Part shown: piece after piece, positions 17,020 through 25,267 of the stretch
How the letters are laid out: every line of letters begins with the position of its first letter
Position numbering within the stretch: position 1 is the stretch's first letter
NCBI GenBank assembly: GCA_963722605.1
Contig: CAVRNO010000004.1
Location: 538,335-602,334 of the forward strand
Length of the DNA stretch: 64,000 nt
Direction: 5' to 3'
From: Candidatus Binataceae bacterium
GTDB taxonomy: Bacteria > Desulfobacterota > Binatia > Binatales > Binataceae
Position numbers and translations under genes: made by a program
The notes under the pieces: model-generated
Database searches by the model: none
The model's input: only the letters and a program-made list of their open reading frames with translations
Told to the model about the DNA's origin: nothing

Positions 17020-18282
17020 CTAGTTACGCAGAATACGCTCGATGTCGGTTTGGATCTCGGTCTTTGGTTTTCCGGTGTTGGCCATTGCCCAGGCGATTGC
17101 TTTGCGGGCCGGTAATTCGTCTCCGGCGGCTTCGGGCTTTTCAATGAGGGCTACGGGATCGCTCAAAATTGGCTGGTTGTCGTTCATGGTGAACGCGACG
17201 AATTGATAGTTGGGGAGCTTGACGAGCTGTTCGGCGATCTCCTTGTCGCCGAAGTTGATGCCGATTTTCTCGGAATCGTCTCCAGATACTCTGAACGAGA
17301 AGATGTGCGAGCAATTCCCAAACGCGATGCGGTCGTTGAAGATGCGGCGGCTCTCGTCGCGCATCTGCTGGGTCGTCTGCGTAGCGAACAAATAATGGAT
17401 GCCGAATTTTCTTGATTCCGCGAGCATGGATTCAAAGTCAATGCCGTCGGTGAAGTTGTGGATTTCGTCCACGATGACGAGGACGGGCTTGTTGCGGTGC
17501 TTCCGGCGGAACGAGGCGAGATTGATTTTCGAGAGGATGAGCGAGCCAAGGACTTTGGCTGGCCGCTCGCCGATGAGCCCTTTGGGAATCCGGCAAAGCA
17601 ATATCTTCTGTCGGTCGAGAATCGTTTGAAAGTTGAGCGAGCGCTTCTGCGCGAGGAATTCGACGAGTCCGGGGCGCATGAGTTCCTCGATTTTATTGAG
17701 CGGATGGGAGAAGTTGCGGGCGCGTTCTTGGGGCTTCAGGTCGCGGAAGTATTGCTGGTGAAAGTCCTGCACGAGCGGGTTGGCGGATTTTGAGAGGAGT
17801 GCATCCGCAAATTTGCCGCGTGCGAGGATTTTGTAGATATCTAAAACGGTGGGGTGTTCTTGAGTTTCGAGCACGGCATCCGTAGCGCCCCGGATGATAT
17901 GCGCGGTCTCCGGACCCCAGCCGCTTCCAGCGTGGGCTTCCATGAGGCTCATGAAGGCCTGCACAGCCTTTTCTCTGTCCGGATAATCGAAGATGCCAAG
18001 GTCGGGAGCGCGGTCGTTTTCCGGGTTGATATAGACGATGTCCTTAAGGCGCGTTTGCGGGATGTAGTTGAAGATGTCGTAAATCAAATCGCCGTGAGGG
18101 TCTATCACGGCAACGCCGAAGTTATTGCGGATCGCCTCGACAATGATGTTGCGGAGAAGCGTCGATTTTCCTGTGCCGGACTTTCCGAGAAGCCAGCCGT
18201 GGCGGAATTGGCGGCGATCGAGATCAATCGAGAAGTATTTTTGTCCGCCGGAAGTATGGGTGAGGCCGATAGGAATGTTCAT
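17020..18282 (-). CDS. Type IV coupling-protein-like P-loop ATPase (TraD/TrwB/VirD4 family), soluble form
   Basis: LLGKSGTGKSTLLRNIIVEAIRNNFGVAVIDPHGDL (Walker A plus the hhDPxGd motif of T4CPs) and Walker B VLVIVDEIHNF. No N-terminal TM segment. Start at 18282 (MNIPIGL). Confidence 0.55.
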   Translation of the reverse strand: MNIPIGLTHTSGGQKYFSIDLDRRQFRHGWLLGKSGTGKSTLLRNIIVEAIRNNFGVAVIDPHGDLIYDIFNYIPQTRLKDIVYINPENDRAPDLGIFDYPDREKAVQAFMSLMEAHAGSGWGPETAHIIRGATDAVLETQEHPTVLDIYKILARGKFADALLSKSANPLVQDFHQQYFRDLKPQERARNFSHPLNKIEELMRPGLVEFLAQKRSLNFQTILDRQKILLCRIPKGLIGERPAKVLGSLILSKINLASFRRKHRNKPVLVIVDEIHNFTDGIDFESMLAESRKFGIHYLFATQTTQQMRDESRRIFNDRIAFGNCSHIFSFRVSGDDSEKIGINFGDKEIAEQLVKLPNYQFVAFTMNDNQPILSDPVALIEKPEAAGDELPARKAIAWAMANTGKPKTEIQTDIERILRN

Positions 18283-18375
18283 GTAAGAATCCCACCGTCC
18301 TCGCCCCTCGCGCGACCCATGCCATATGCGCGGGGGCAAGAAGGATGAGCGTCCCGCTCTTTCGAGCGATTAGTT

Positions 18376-19207
18376 TCAGTATAGCGAAAGAAGTGAATAT
18401 GTGTTGTGCGAATCGTCTTTTGGAGTCTCGAAAACAGGTCCGCTGATATCAGACTTGTAAAGCTCTTCAGTGGTCAGCCAAAACATCCGGTGGTTTAGCT
18501 TGTCGCGCAATACTTTTAAGAGGTTCTGACGCCGGGTGTCGTTGGTCTGTACGACAATGACGCGGAATTTGTTGAAACCCCAATCGTTAAGGCATTCGTC
18601 GGTGTCGTAGTATTCGGCATATCTTGCCAGCTTCCTGATGATGTTCGGTTCGCCGTCGATGTATTTGCTGTTCTTCGACTTCTCGATTTCGAGGAAGAAT
18701 CGCGTCTCGCCCTGTTCCTTGGTCAGTTTAAGGAGGGCGTCGGGGTGAATACCGCGCTTCAAGTCGGACTGCTGCCAGTAAGGTTCAAAGCCTTGAGTTT
18801 CGGCGAACTTTCTCGTAGCGATGTGGAAAAAACTGATTTCGAGCTCGTGGTCGAGAGTACGTCGAGAGTGTTCATCGAACGTCTTGCCGCCGAACTCGGC
18901 AACGGCTTTGTCCGATAGGCCATAGACGTAACCGATGCCTCCTTTCTCGCGGCCGAGTTCGAAGTAGGGGAGGCGGTTCGCCCATCCGTCGTTAAACAGC
19001 TTGAGGAGCGTGAGACGGGCGCGGAGCTGATTCGGCGGGAGTAGGTTCGCCGTCTGAAAGCAATGCGGCTACGTCCTGGGGCCGGAGGCAGAAGTATTCA
19101 GCGAGGAGGCTTAGGACGCTTCTCTTTGTGCGGGTTCGGGGGCTGAGTAGTAGGTTCGTCCGGCGGCCCGCCGTCGAGATCCTTCGTTTTGCTAGAACTT
19201 GAGGCAT
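18376..19207 (-). pseudogene. Replication-relaxation (Replic_Relax) family gene with one apparent frameshift
   Basis: The N-terminal wHTH (MPQVLAKRR...RSVLSLLAEYFCLRPQDVAALLSDGEP) is in one frame. The rest (NQLRARLTLLKLFNDGWANRLPYFEL...LDHELEISFFHIATRKFAE...RFFLEIEKS...FRVIVVQTNDTRRQNL) is in another. Removing one C from the CCC in the minus-strand GAACCTACTCCCGCC (forward GGG run at 19037-19039) yields a continuous ...GEPTPPNQLRARL... reading frame. Confidence 0.5.
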
Positions 19208-20690
19208 TACTGTTAGTATAACATGCTCTGTCCATCGGTTCGGCTTTGTACTGGTGGTCTGTGACGCGGTCAATGATTTCTGCGCAACTGGCTGGATTGT
19301 GCTTATCGTACGGTGGTGGAGTGGGAATGGTGCGGCATATTCGGTGAGGAATAGAGAGATAGAGACATTGCCCTTTGGGCATGTGTAGAAGTTCTTTTTG
19401 ATAGTCGGCAGTGGAGAGAGATTGGTCTTTCGCAATCTCGCTTTCGAGGTGTGAGATTTTCTCCTCAAGGTCGTAAGCGCGGCCGTTGTATCTCATGTAT
19501 TCGTCTAATTTTCTGTCGTTGTAGGCTTCGCGTTCCCTTTTTTCCGCCATGGTTTGGCCCTTTTCTTTTTGGAGATAGGATTCGTTGGCTAGCCCCGCGA
19601 GTGTTTCGGCATCATGGAGCTCGGCTTGTAGCTGCTCAAGTTCGTAGGAGCGGTCCCTGGGGACGTGCGGCTGCGGGAAATAGGGTTTGAATCGGGCGGT
19701 GTCTTCGGGGTCACTGTTGAAGAGATAATAATTGTTGGTGTTTTTGAATGTGGCGGCCCATGTCGCTGAATCAATTTGGCTGGGGTATTGGGTAATGAGG
19801 GTGAGGTGTAACCCTAGTCCTCCGGCACGAGAGAGCATGTCGGGAAAATCCGAAGTCTGATAGAGATGAAACTCATCGGCATAGAGATGATGGTGCATAG
19901 GAATGGGTTTGCCGATAAATCGGTAAAAGTGCTGCCGGATTTTCGCCACAATGAGGCCGGCATAAATCTTCTGGGGCTCGGTAAGCCTGCCGATGTCTAC
20001 GAGAATAATTCGTTGTTGCCGGATTGCTTGGCTGATATTGAGTTTCGGATTAGGGCAATCGAACATGCGGTGGAGGATGTCGGATGTCATGAAGTCCGAT
20101 AGACGTGTCGTGAGATGGCGGAGATTTTCTCCGGTCGGAATGTTGTTTGGGTCCGCCCAATAATCTCGTAATTTCTGCTGGCGCAATCTGGAAATGATTT
20201 CGCGTTGTCGGACTTTATTGGTGAGGAAATAGTTGAGATCGAGGAATGTCGCGCGTTTCTCGGATGGGGTTTTGGGGTTGTCGTTGTAGTCGAGGAATGC
20301 GCTCACGATCCAATCGGCATTGGCTTTGATGATGGGCATCGATACGGTGTTGGCCGTCTTTAAGAGAAGGAACTTAATCTCGGCGACCACTTCGTCTTTT
20401 TCGATATGTCGCTCCCATTCGTCTTGACCTTCCACGCTCATAAAGTCGATAGGAATCTGGCTTTTCATATCGAGGTAAATCACTCGGTGAGCGTGAGCGC
20501 GAGGAATCCATTGTTTGAGCTGCAGCACGAGCTCGGACTTGGCGTCGATGACGGTGACGCCACGCCCGCGATTGATGTCCGCGAGGATGCGATGGAACGC
20601 GAGAGTTGATTTACCGGATTGGGTTTTGCCCTGGATGTAGAGGTGTGGGTTTTGAGGGTCGTCCGCTAGGGCGTCTTCGTAATTAGCCAT
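19098..20690 (-). CDS. Second T4CP-like / FtsK-HerA-like P-loop ATPase
   Basis: YIQGKTQSGKSTLAFHRILADINRGRGVTVIDAKSEL (Walker A plus a DPxGE-like motif) and Walker B HLYADEFH; no TM segment. Start at 20690 (MANYED). Confidence 0.5.
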   Translation of the reverse strand: MANYEDALADDPQNPHLYIQGKTQSGKSTLAFHRILADINRGRGVTVIDAKSELVLQLKQWIPRAHAHRVIYLDMKSQIPIDFMSVEGQDEWERHIEKDEVVAEIKFLLLKTANTVSMPIIKANADWIVSAFLDYNDNPKTPSEKRATFLDLNYFLTNKVRQREIISRLRQQKLRDYWADPNNIPTGENLRHLTTRLSDFMTSDILHRMFDCPNPKLNISQAIRQQRIILVDIGRLTEPQKIYAGLIVAKIRQHFYRFIGKPIPMHHHLYADEFHLYQTSDFPDMLSRAGGLGLHLTLITQYPSQIDSATWAATFKNTNNYYLFNSDPEDTARFKPYFPQPHVPRDRSYELEQLQAELHDAETLAGLANESYLQKEKGQTMAEKREREAYNDRKLDEYMRYNGRAYDLEEKISHLESEIAKDQSLSTADYQKELLHMPKGQCLYLSIPHRICRTIPTPPPYDKHNPASCAEIIDRVTDHQYKAEPMDRACYTNSNASSSSKTKDLDGGPPDEPTTQPPNPHKEKRPKPPR

Positions 20691-20898
20691 CGTAGGGTAC
20701 GCCTTGGAGATGGAGGCGCGTGTAGTACAGGGCAAAGAGAAGAAATCCTATCGCGGCGAAAATATCGAGATAGGCAATGAAAAGGTGCAGGTGGAAATAT
20801 AAAAGGATACCGATGCCGATGAGAGTTGAGATGGTTGCGAGATAACAGAGTCCGGCGCGAACGAAGTATTCATCTTTCGGTTGTTTGGCCCAGTTCAT
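20683..20898 (-). CDS. Small membrane protein (71 aa, two predicted TM helices)
   Basis: Hydrophobic stretches LCYLATISTLIGIGILLYF and IFAAIGFLLFALYY; directly upstream of and overlapping the ATPase gene. Confidence 0.4.
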   Translation of the reverse strand: MNWAKQPKDEYFVRAGLCYLATISTLIGIGILLYFHLHLFIAYLDIFAAIGFLLFALYYTRLHLQGVPYDG

Positions 20899-20900
20899 AG

Positions 20901-21042
20901 CCGCCCCGTCGTCCCGTTAGGGCGACTCGAAAGAGGGGCAGTCCACACCAAGCGGTAGCGCAGCCCGAACGATAGTGAAGGGTCATCAGACGATAGTATG
21001 ATGAGCGGGGACTGCCCCTCGTTAGAGGCGAGACGGGGCGGC
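20901..21042. other. Nested inverted-repeat element (candidate oriT, att arm region or structured RNA)
   Basis: Outer 11-bp helix GCCGCCCCGTC (20901-20911) pairs with GACGGGGCGGC (21032-21042). Inner 12-bp helix GAGGGGCAGTCC (20933-20944) pairs with GGACTGCCCCTC (21009-21020). There is a local hairpin at 20912-20927, an internal TCATCA/TGATGA hairpin, and CGTTAG(A)GGCGA occurs twice. Confidence 0.45.
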
Positions 21043-21177
21043 AACCAGTCAATCGGGAAAATTGTGCATTCGCGCGGGTAATCCGCGCAACTCCGTTCGG
21101 GGGGTGTATTTGGTTTGTAAACTCTCACGTTCATTCTGCGTTCTTCTCATAGTGGAGAAGTTTTGATATGTAAAGGG

Positions 21178-21205
21178 CAGCCCCTACCCTTTTGGGTAGG
21201 GGGCG
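21178..21205. promoter_or_regulatory. Near-perfect palindrome upstream of the excisionase-like gene (operator candidate)
   Basis: CCCCTACCC-TTTT-GGGTAGGGG about 75 nt upstream of the ATG at 21281; no T-tract follows, so a terminator is unlikely. Confidence 0.4.
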
Positions 21206-21280
21206 CACAGGCGCAAGCCGCCGTAGCGGAAGCGTCTGAGAGTCTCACTTCTCCCGCTATTGGGAGAGGCGGAGACGCGC

Positions 21281-21592
21281 ATGGACGGTTCGGAACGCTG
21301 GTACTCGATTAAGGAGGTTGCAGCGCGGTACGGAGTCGGACGGGATACGATAGTCCGGCGGATCAAGAAAGGGCACTTGAAGGCGCTCGTCATGCCGGGC
21401 AAATCGTCCGTGCGGAGCCGAGTGTACAATGTGCGCCGTATTCACGAGAGCGAGTGCAACGCTTCGAGCGGGAGAACACGGTGTCCCGCTAGGGTACGAG
21501 GAGGGCGGTCGATTGACCGCCTTTCTTTTTGGCGTACTTGGGGCGTACTTGGGAGGCGCGTTTTCCGCGCTTTGTGCATATCGAGAGTGTAG
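21281..21592 (+). CDS. Excisionase / AlpA-like HTH DNA-binding protein
   Basis: WYSIKEVAARYGVGRDTIVRRIKKGHLKALVMPG is the excisionase-family HTH. GGAG RBS ~9 nt upstream. The C-terminal part of the ORF is probably non-functional read-through. Confidence 0.55.
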   Translation: MDGSERWYSIKEVAARYGVGRDTIVRRIKKGHLKALVMPGKSSVRSRVYNVRRIHESECNASSGRTRCPARVRGGRSIDRLSFWRTWGVLGRRVFRALCISRV

Positions 21593-21629
21593 GAAAATCA
21601 AAGACTTTATGATTGGCGGGACGGCTTGA

Positions 21630-21654
21630 TGGTTCAATTCCCCCCGCCTCCACC
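21630..21654 (+). other. tmRNA/tRNA 3'-end-like fragment (T-loop, acceptor 3' strand, CCA); candidate attR core
   Basis: GGTTCAATTCCCCCCGCCTCCACCA resembles the 3' end of ssrA (remembered E. coli end ...GGGGGUUCAAAUCCCCCCAGCUCCACCA). The upstream GATGG cannot form the T-stem with CCCCC and no cloverleaf body is present, so this is a fragment rather than a gene. It coincides with the G+C shift. Confidence 0.45.
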
Positions 21655-21669
21655 AATTTCAGGTGCTTG

Positions 21670-22659
21670 ATGTCAGCCCTGCGATGGAAATTGATTCTCG
21701 CCATTATCGTGATCGCCGCTATCGGGGTGGCGGCAAACGCAATCCGCTATCGCCCCACCGTCGTGCGTGGGCCCGATATCTCGCCGGCGCTGATCGGGCT
21801 TGACCGCTCAAACTGGCCGGCTATTCCCGGCATGCGTCTGCACGTATTCAACACCGGGATGAACCGTGTGTCGGGCTTGCTGGCGGGCGCTGATACCAAG
21901 TGGCGCCCGGTACCGGCATTTGTCATCGAGCATCCGGCTCGGGGACTGATCGTCTTCGACGCGGGACTCGGGCCCGAAATCGCGGAGAAAGGCGAGGCGG
22001 CGCTGCCGTTCATCGTCGGATTTCTGTTCAAGAGCCGCTCGCGGCCGGGGCTCGGGCTGGCAGCCCAAATGCGCGCGAATGGACTCGATCCACTCGCGGT
22101 CCGCTTCGTAATTCTCTCGCATCTGCACTTCGATCACGTCGGCGACGCGGACGCATTCCGAAACGCGACATTCATTGCCGGAGCGGATGCGCGCGCCACC
22201 GACCGCTCACCGAATGAAGGCTTTGCGCCGGGGCATACCGATTGGGTACCAGCAAACCGATGGCGCGAGATCGATTTCGAGCACGATGGCAAGCCTTACG
22301 CGACCTTCGATCGGGTGATCGATCTGTTCGGCGACCGCAGCATCATGCTGATCGGCGGCGGTGGCCACGCCACCAACGATCTTGCCGCGCTGCTCGCGCT
22401 TCCGGGCGGTCCGGCGCTGCTTGCCGGCGACGTGATCGTGCATCACGACTGGCTCGGAAGCGACGACGTCGAGCGCATCGCGGCGCATCCTGCGCGGGCG
22501 GCCGAGACGCGAAACCGGGTGCGCGCCCTGCTCGTCGCCGCGCCCGGGACGGTGCTGATTTGCGGGCACGATCTGGGCGGCGTGCCCGCCGGTCGCGCCG
22601 ATATCTTGCTGCACCGTCCCGATCTGTATTCACCAGGTGCGTGGAATCTCTCGGATTGA
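21670..22659 (+). CDS. MBL-fold metallo-hydrolase (lactonase-like), secreted or membrane-anchored
   Basis: HLHFDHVGD metal-binding motif; N-terminal hydrophobic segment; AGGTG RBS. Confidence 0.75.
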   Translation: MSALRWKLILAIIVIAAIGVAANAIRYRPTVVRGPDISPALIGLDRSNWPAIPGMRLHVFNTGMNRVSGLLAGADTKWRPVPAFVIEHPARGLIVFDAGLGPEIAEKGEAALPFIVGFLFKSRSRPGLGLAAQMRANGLDPLAVRFVILSHLHFDHVGDADAFRNATFIAGADARATDRSPNEGFAPGHTDWVPANRWREIDFEHDGKPYATFDRVIDLFGDRSIMLIGGGGHATNDLAALLALPGGPALLAGDVIVHHDWLGSDDVERIAAHPARAAETRNRVRALLVAAPGTVLICGHDLGGVPAGRADILLHRPDLYSPGAWNLSD

Positions 22660-22840
22660 AAATTCTGCAATTTCGTTAACCATTGCCGGAAATTCGCGCT
22701 GGATGCGCACCAGGATGGTTGGTTCGCAGGTACCGCGCCATATCTGCCTGCTATGGGCGTTGCCCTTGGCCGTCGTTGCACTTCGCTCAGAATAATGTCT
22801 GTACTGTCGATCAGTTCGATCGGCTGAAGGAACCAACCAG

Positions 22841-23674
22841 ATGATCCCTGCTGATGCCGCGCCGCTGGCAATCGCGCTCCTCGGATTGATGCTCGGAATG
22901 CGCCACGCTACCGATCCCGATCACGTAATCGCCGTCACGACCATTCTGAGCCGCGAACGCCGCCTGGCCGTTGCCACCCGGATCGGTGTCGTATGGGGAC
23001 TCGGCCACACGCTGACCGTGCTGCTGGTGGGCGCCGCCATCATCGTTTTCAAAATTGCGATCCCGGTCCGGCTCGGACTGGCGATGGAATTCGCCGTCGC
23101 GGTCGTGCTGATTATGCTCGGCGTCGGCGCAGCGGCCAGCCTGGTTCGCAAAGCGGCGACTCGGATGCGCGCGAGTTCATCGCAACATGAGGGCCTGCTC
23201 GTCCATGCGCACGCTCACACCCATGGCGGCGCGGTGCATTTGCATTCGCACGTTCACGTTGATCCTCACGAAAATACCGGCGATGCGACGCATCACGATC
23301 ACCGCATCCCGGCCGGCCAATTGCCGCCGTTCGCCGCGCGCCGTCCGCTGCTCAGGTCATTCGCAGTGGGACTCGTCCATGGACTTGCCGGCAGCGCCGC
23401 GATTGCGTTGCTGGTCCTGAGCGCGATTCCGCAAGCACTCTGGGCGACGCTCTACCTCGCGATTTTCTGCGTCGGTACGATAATCGGAATGGGGCTCATC
23501 ACAACCGCAATCGCCACGCCGTTCATGATCGTGTCGCGGCGAGCGTCGCGGATCCACCAAATCCTCGTCACCGGCTCCGGGCTCCTGAGTTTCGGTTTTG
23601 GCCTGTTCCTCGCCTACCAGATAGGTATCGTTGACCATTTGTTCAGCGCCGCTCCCATCTGGATTCCGCAATAG
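22841..23674 (+). CDS. NiCoT-family nickel/cobalt transporter with a His-rich loop
   Basis: RHATDPDHVIAV (H-x4-DH NiCoT signature), GLGHTLTV, and a His-rich loop HAHAHTHGGAVHLHSHVHVDPHENTGDATHHDH. Confidence 0.6.
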   Translation: MIPADAAPLAIALLGLMLGMRHATDPDHVIAVTTILSRERRLAVATRIGVVWGLGHTLTVLLVGAAIIVFKIAIPVRLGLAMEFAVAVVLIMLGVGAAASLVRKAATRMRASSSQHEGLLVHAHAHTHGGAVHLHSHVHVDPHENTGDATHHDHRIPAGQLPPFAARRPLLRSFAVGLVHGLAGSAAIALLVLSAIPQALWATLYLAIFCVGTIIGMGLITTAIATPFMIVSRRASRIHQILVTGSGLLSFGFGLFLAYQIGIVDHLFSAAPIWIPQ

Positions 23675-23746
23675 CGGAGCGGGGGAGCGTCCCCCGTGAA
23701 ACCAGGCATCACGGTGATGGCCGGCCTACCACTCCCCGTTTCAGCT

Positions 23747-25114
23747 CTAGCGATGCCCCCCACCGCCGCCGCCAAGTCCACCGCCACCAGCGCCGCCGCC
23801 GTGCGGCTGCGCGAACGTCCGCAACTGCTGCGCATGCTGCCGCTCAAAGGATTGCGCCTGCTCGGCGTGCTGACGCTGTAGCTCCTGCAGGCGTGCTGAA
23901 TACTGTCGCTCGGCCGCCTGCTGCTGCTCTGAACGCTGGCGCTCGAGCGCCTGCGACTCCTGCTGTTGCCGACGCTGGAGTTCCGCCGCTTGCTTTTCAT
24001 GGGCTTCTTCTAGCGCGCGCGATTCCTGCTCGGCTTGGGCCTTCTCGCGTGCCTGTTGCTCTTCCTGAAGATGCCGGCTCTCCAGGTCCTGCGTCTCCTG
24101 CTCATGTTTTTGCTGAAGCGACCGCAGTTGCTCGGTGTGCTCGCGCTCGGCCTGCTGTTCTTGCTGGCCGCGTCTGCGCTCGAGGTCCAGCGACTTGACG
24201 TTTTGCTGATGCTGCAGCGCCACCCGTTGGTCGCCGTGTGCGCCTTGGACTGATCGAAGCATGGCGCCATTCCAATCGGGATGATGCTCCTGCGCCCATC
24301 TGGGATTTTTCACCGCCCACCAGTGGACATCGTGCCATACGTGTTTGTCGTCGTAATCGCCTTTCCAGTCGGGGTGATGCTGGCGCGCCCACGCCGGGTC
24401 GTGAGAATACCACCAGCTGTTGGTGTGCCAGACGTGTCTATCGTCGAAGTCACCATGCCAATGGGGATGATGCTCGCGCGCATAGTCGGGATGAAATCGA
24501 TACCACCATGGAGCGGGGTACCAGACGCCCCCATAATAGTCGCCCCACCATTCGGGATAGTTTTGCGACACCCAGGAAGGCTGCAGCAGCCACCACCACG
24601 ACGCTGGATACCACATCCCGTTCCAGGGAGAGCCCCACCATTCGGGATAGAGTCCGCCGAATGCGCCGGGATTGCGCCACCACCACCATCCGGCCGGATA
24701 CCAAACCCCCTGGTAGGGAGCGCCCCACCATTCGGGATGCTGCTCCGCTGCCCAAGCCGGCTGATACTGGTACCACCATGCGGCCGGGTACCACGCGCGC
24801 TGGTAAAAGTCGCCCCACCATTCCGGATGGTGTTCGCGGACCCAGGCGGGGTCGCTATCCCACCACCACCACGCGGGATGCCAGATGCGGCCTTCGTCGA
24901 AATCGCCCCACCATTCGGGATGATGCTGGGGCACCCAGGCTGGTTGGTTCTGCCACCACCATGCGGCATCGCGCCATACGTGTCCGCCATCGTACTCACC
25001 CCAGGCAGGCGCGGCAGGAAAGGGGGTTGGCCATGGTCTGTACTCTGCGAATGCGGGCGTCGCCAGCATCAGCAGAATCGTCGTTGTCGTCAGCAGATGC
25101 TTGATTCTGGTCAT
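23747..25114 (-). CDS. Secreted Trp-rich tandem-repeat protein with a Gln/Glu-rich coiled-coil region and a Gly-rich tail
   Basis: Signal peptide MTRIKHLLTTTTILLMLATPAFA. About 11 repeats of a ~25-aa unit (HHPEWWGDxDxxxVWHxxWWWxxxPAWxxE). Then ~150 aa of Q/E/R-rich heptad-like sequence, ending GGGAGGGGLGGGGGGHR. GGGGGTGG RBS before the ATG at 25114. Confidence 0.65.
   Translation of the reverse strand: MTRIKHLLTTTTILLMLATPAFAEYRPWPTPFPAAPAWGEYDGGHVWRDAAWWWQNQPAWVPQHHPEWWGDFDEGRIWHPAWWWWDSDPAWVREHHPEWWGDFYQRAWYPAAWWYQYQPAWAAEQHPEWWGAPYQGVWYPAGWWWWRNPGAFGGLYPEWWGSPWNGMWYPASWWWLLQPSWVSQNYPEWWGDYYGGVWYPAPWWYRFHPDYAREHHPHWHGDFDDRHVWHTNSWWYSHDPAWARQHHPDWKGDYDDKHVWHDVHWWAVKNPRWAQEHHPDWNGAMLRSVQGAHGDQRVALQHQQNVKSLDLERRRGQQEQQAEREHTEQLRSLQQKHEQETQDLESRHLQEEQQAREKAQAEQESRALEEAHEKQAAELQRRQQQESQALERQRSEQQQAAERQYSARLQELQRQHAEQAQSFERQHAQQLRTFAQPHGGGAGGGGLGGGGGGHR
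24285..25010. repeat. ~75-bp tandem DNA repeats encoding the Trp-rich units
   Basis: Periodic recurrence of CCACCA(T/C)TCGGGATG...CCACCACCA motifs throughout the coding region. Confidence 0.6.
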
Positions 25115-25267
25115 CGATGCCACCCCCGGAATAATGGTCAGGTCAATCGCATCGCAAGCCAATCTACCTGGGCAAATCATTACTTAGTACATGATACGGA
25201 TTACGCCAACGGGCGGTTGCAAATCAGACCGGCTTCGATTTCATCGAAATAAAGTCCGGACCTCTGG

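Noticed and set aside
18763-18800. Second frameshift in the Replic_Relax gene near the track's TTG start at 18762
   Set aside because: When I first transcribed this stretch I added an extra T, which suggested a shift. On re-reading the original sequence, the frame is continuous from ~19060 down to 18376. Only the single shift near 19037-19039 remains.
21550-21654. Intact tRNA or tmRNA gene ending at 21654
   Set aside because: Only the last ~25 nt look tRNA-like. The sequence 5' of the T-loop (GATGG) cannot pair with the CCCCC strand. A GGAGGCG complementary to the acceptor strand exists 104 nt upstream, but no D-arm or anticodon arm can be drawn, and a competing GGCGCG-TTTTC-CGCGC hairpin overlaps it. 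It is treated as an att-site fragment, not a gene.
24285-25010. Tandem ~75-bp DNA repeats as a CRISPR array or satellite
   Set aside because: The repeats are in frame within a long ORF with a signal peptide and encode the Trp-rich protein units. The spacing is continuous (no unique spacers) and there are no cas genes.
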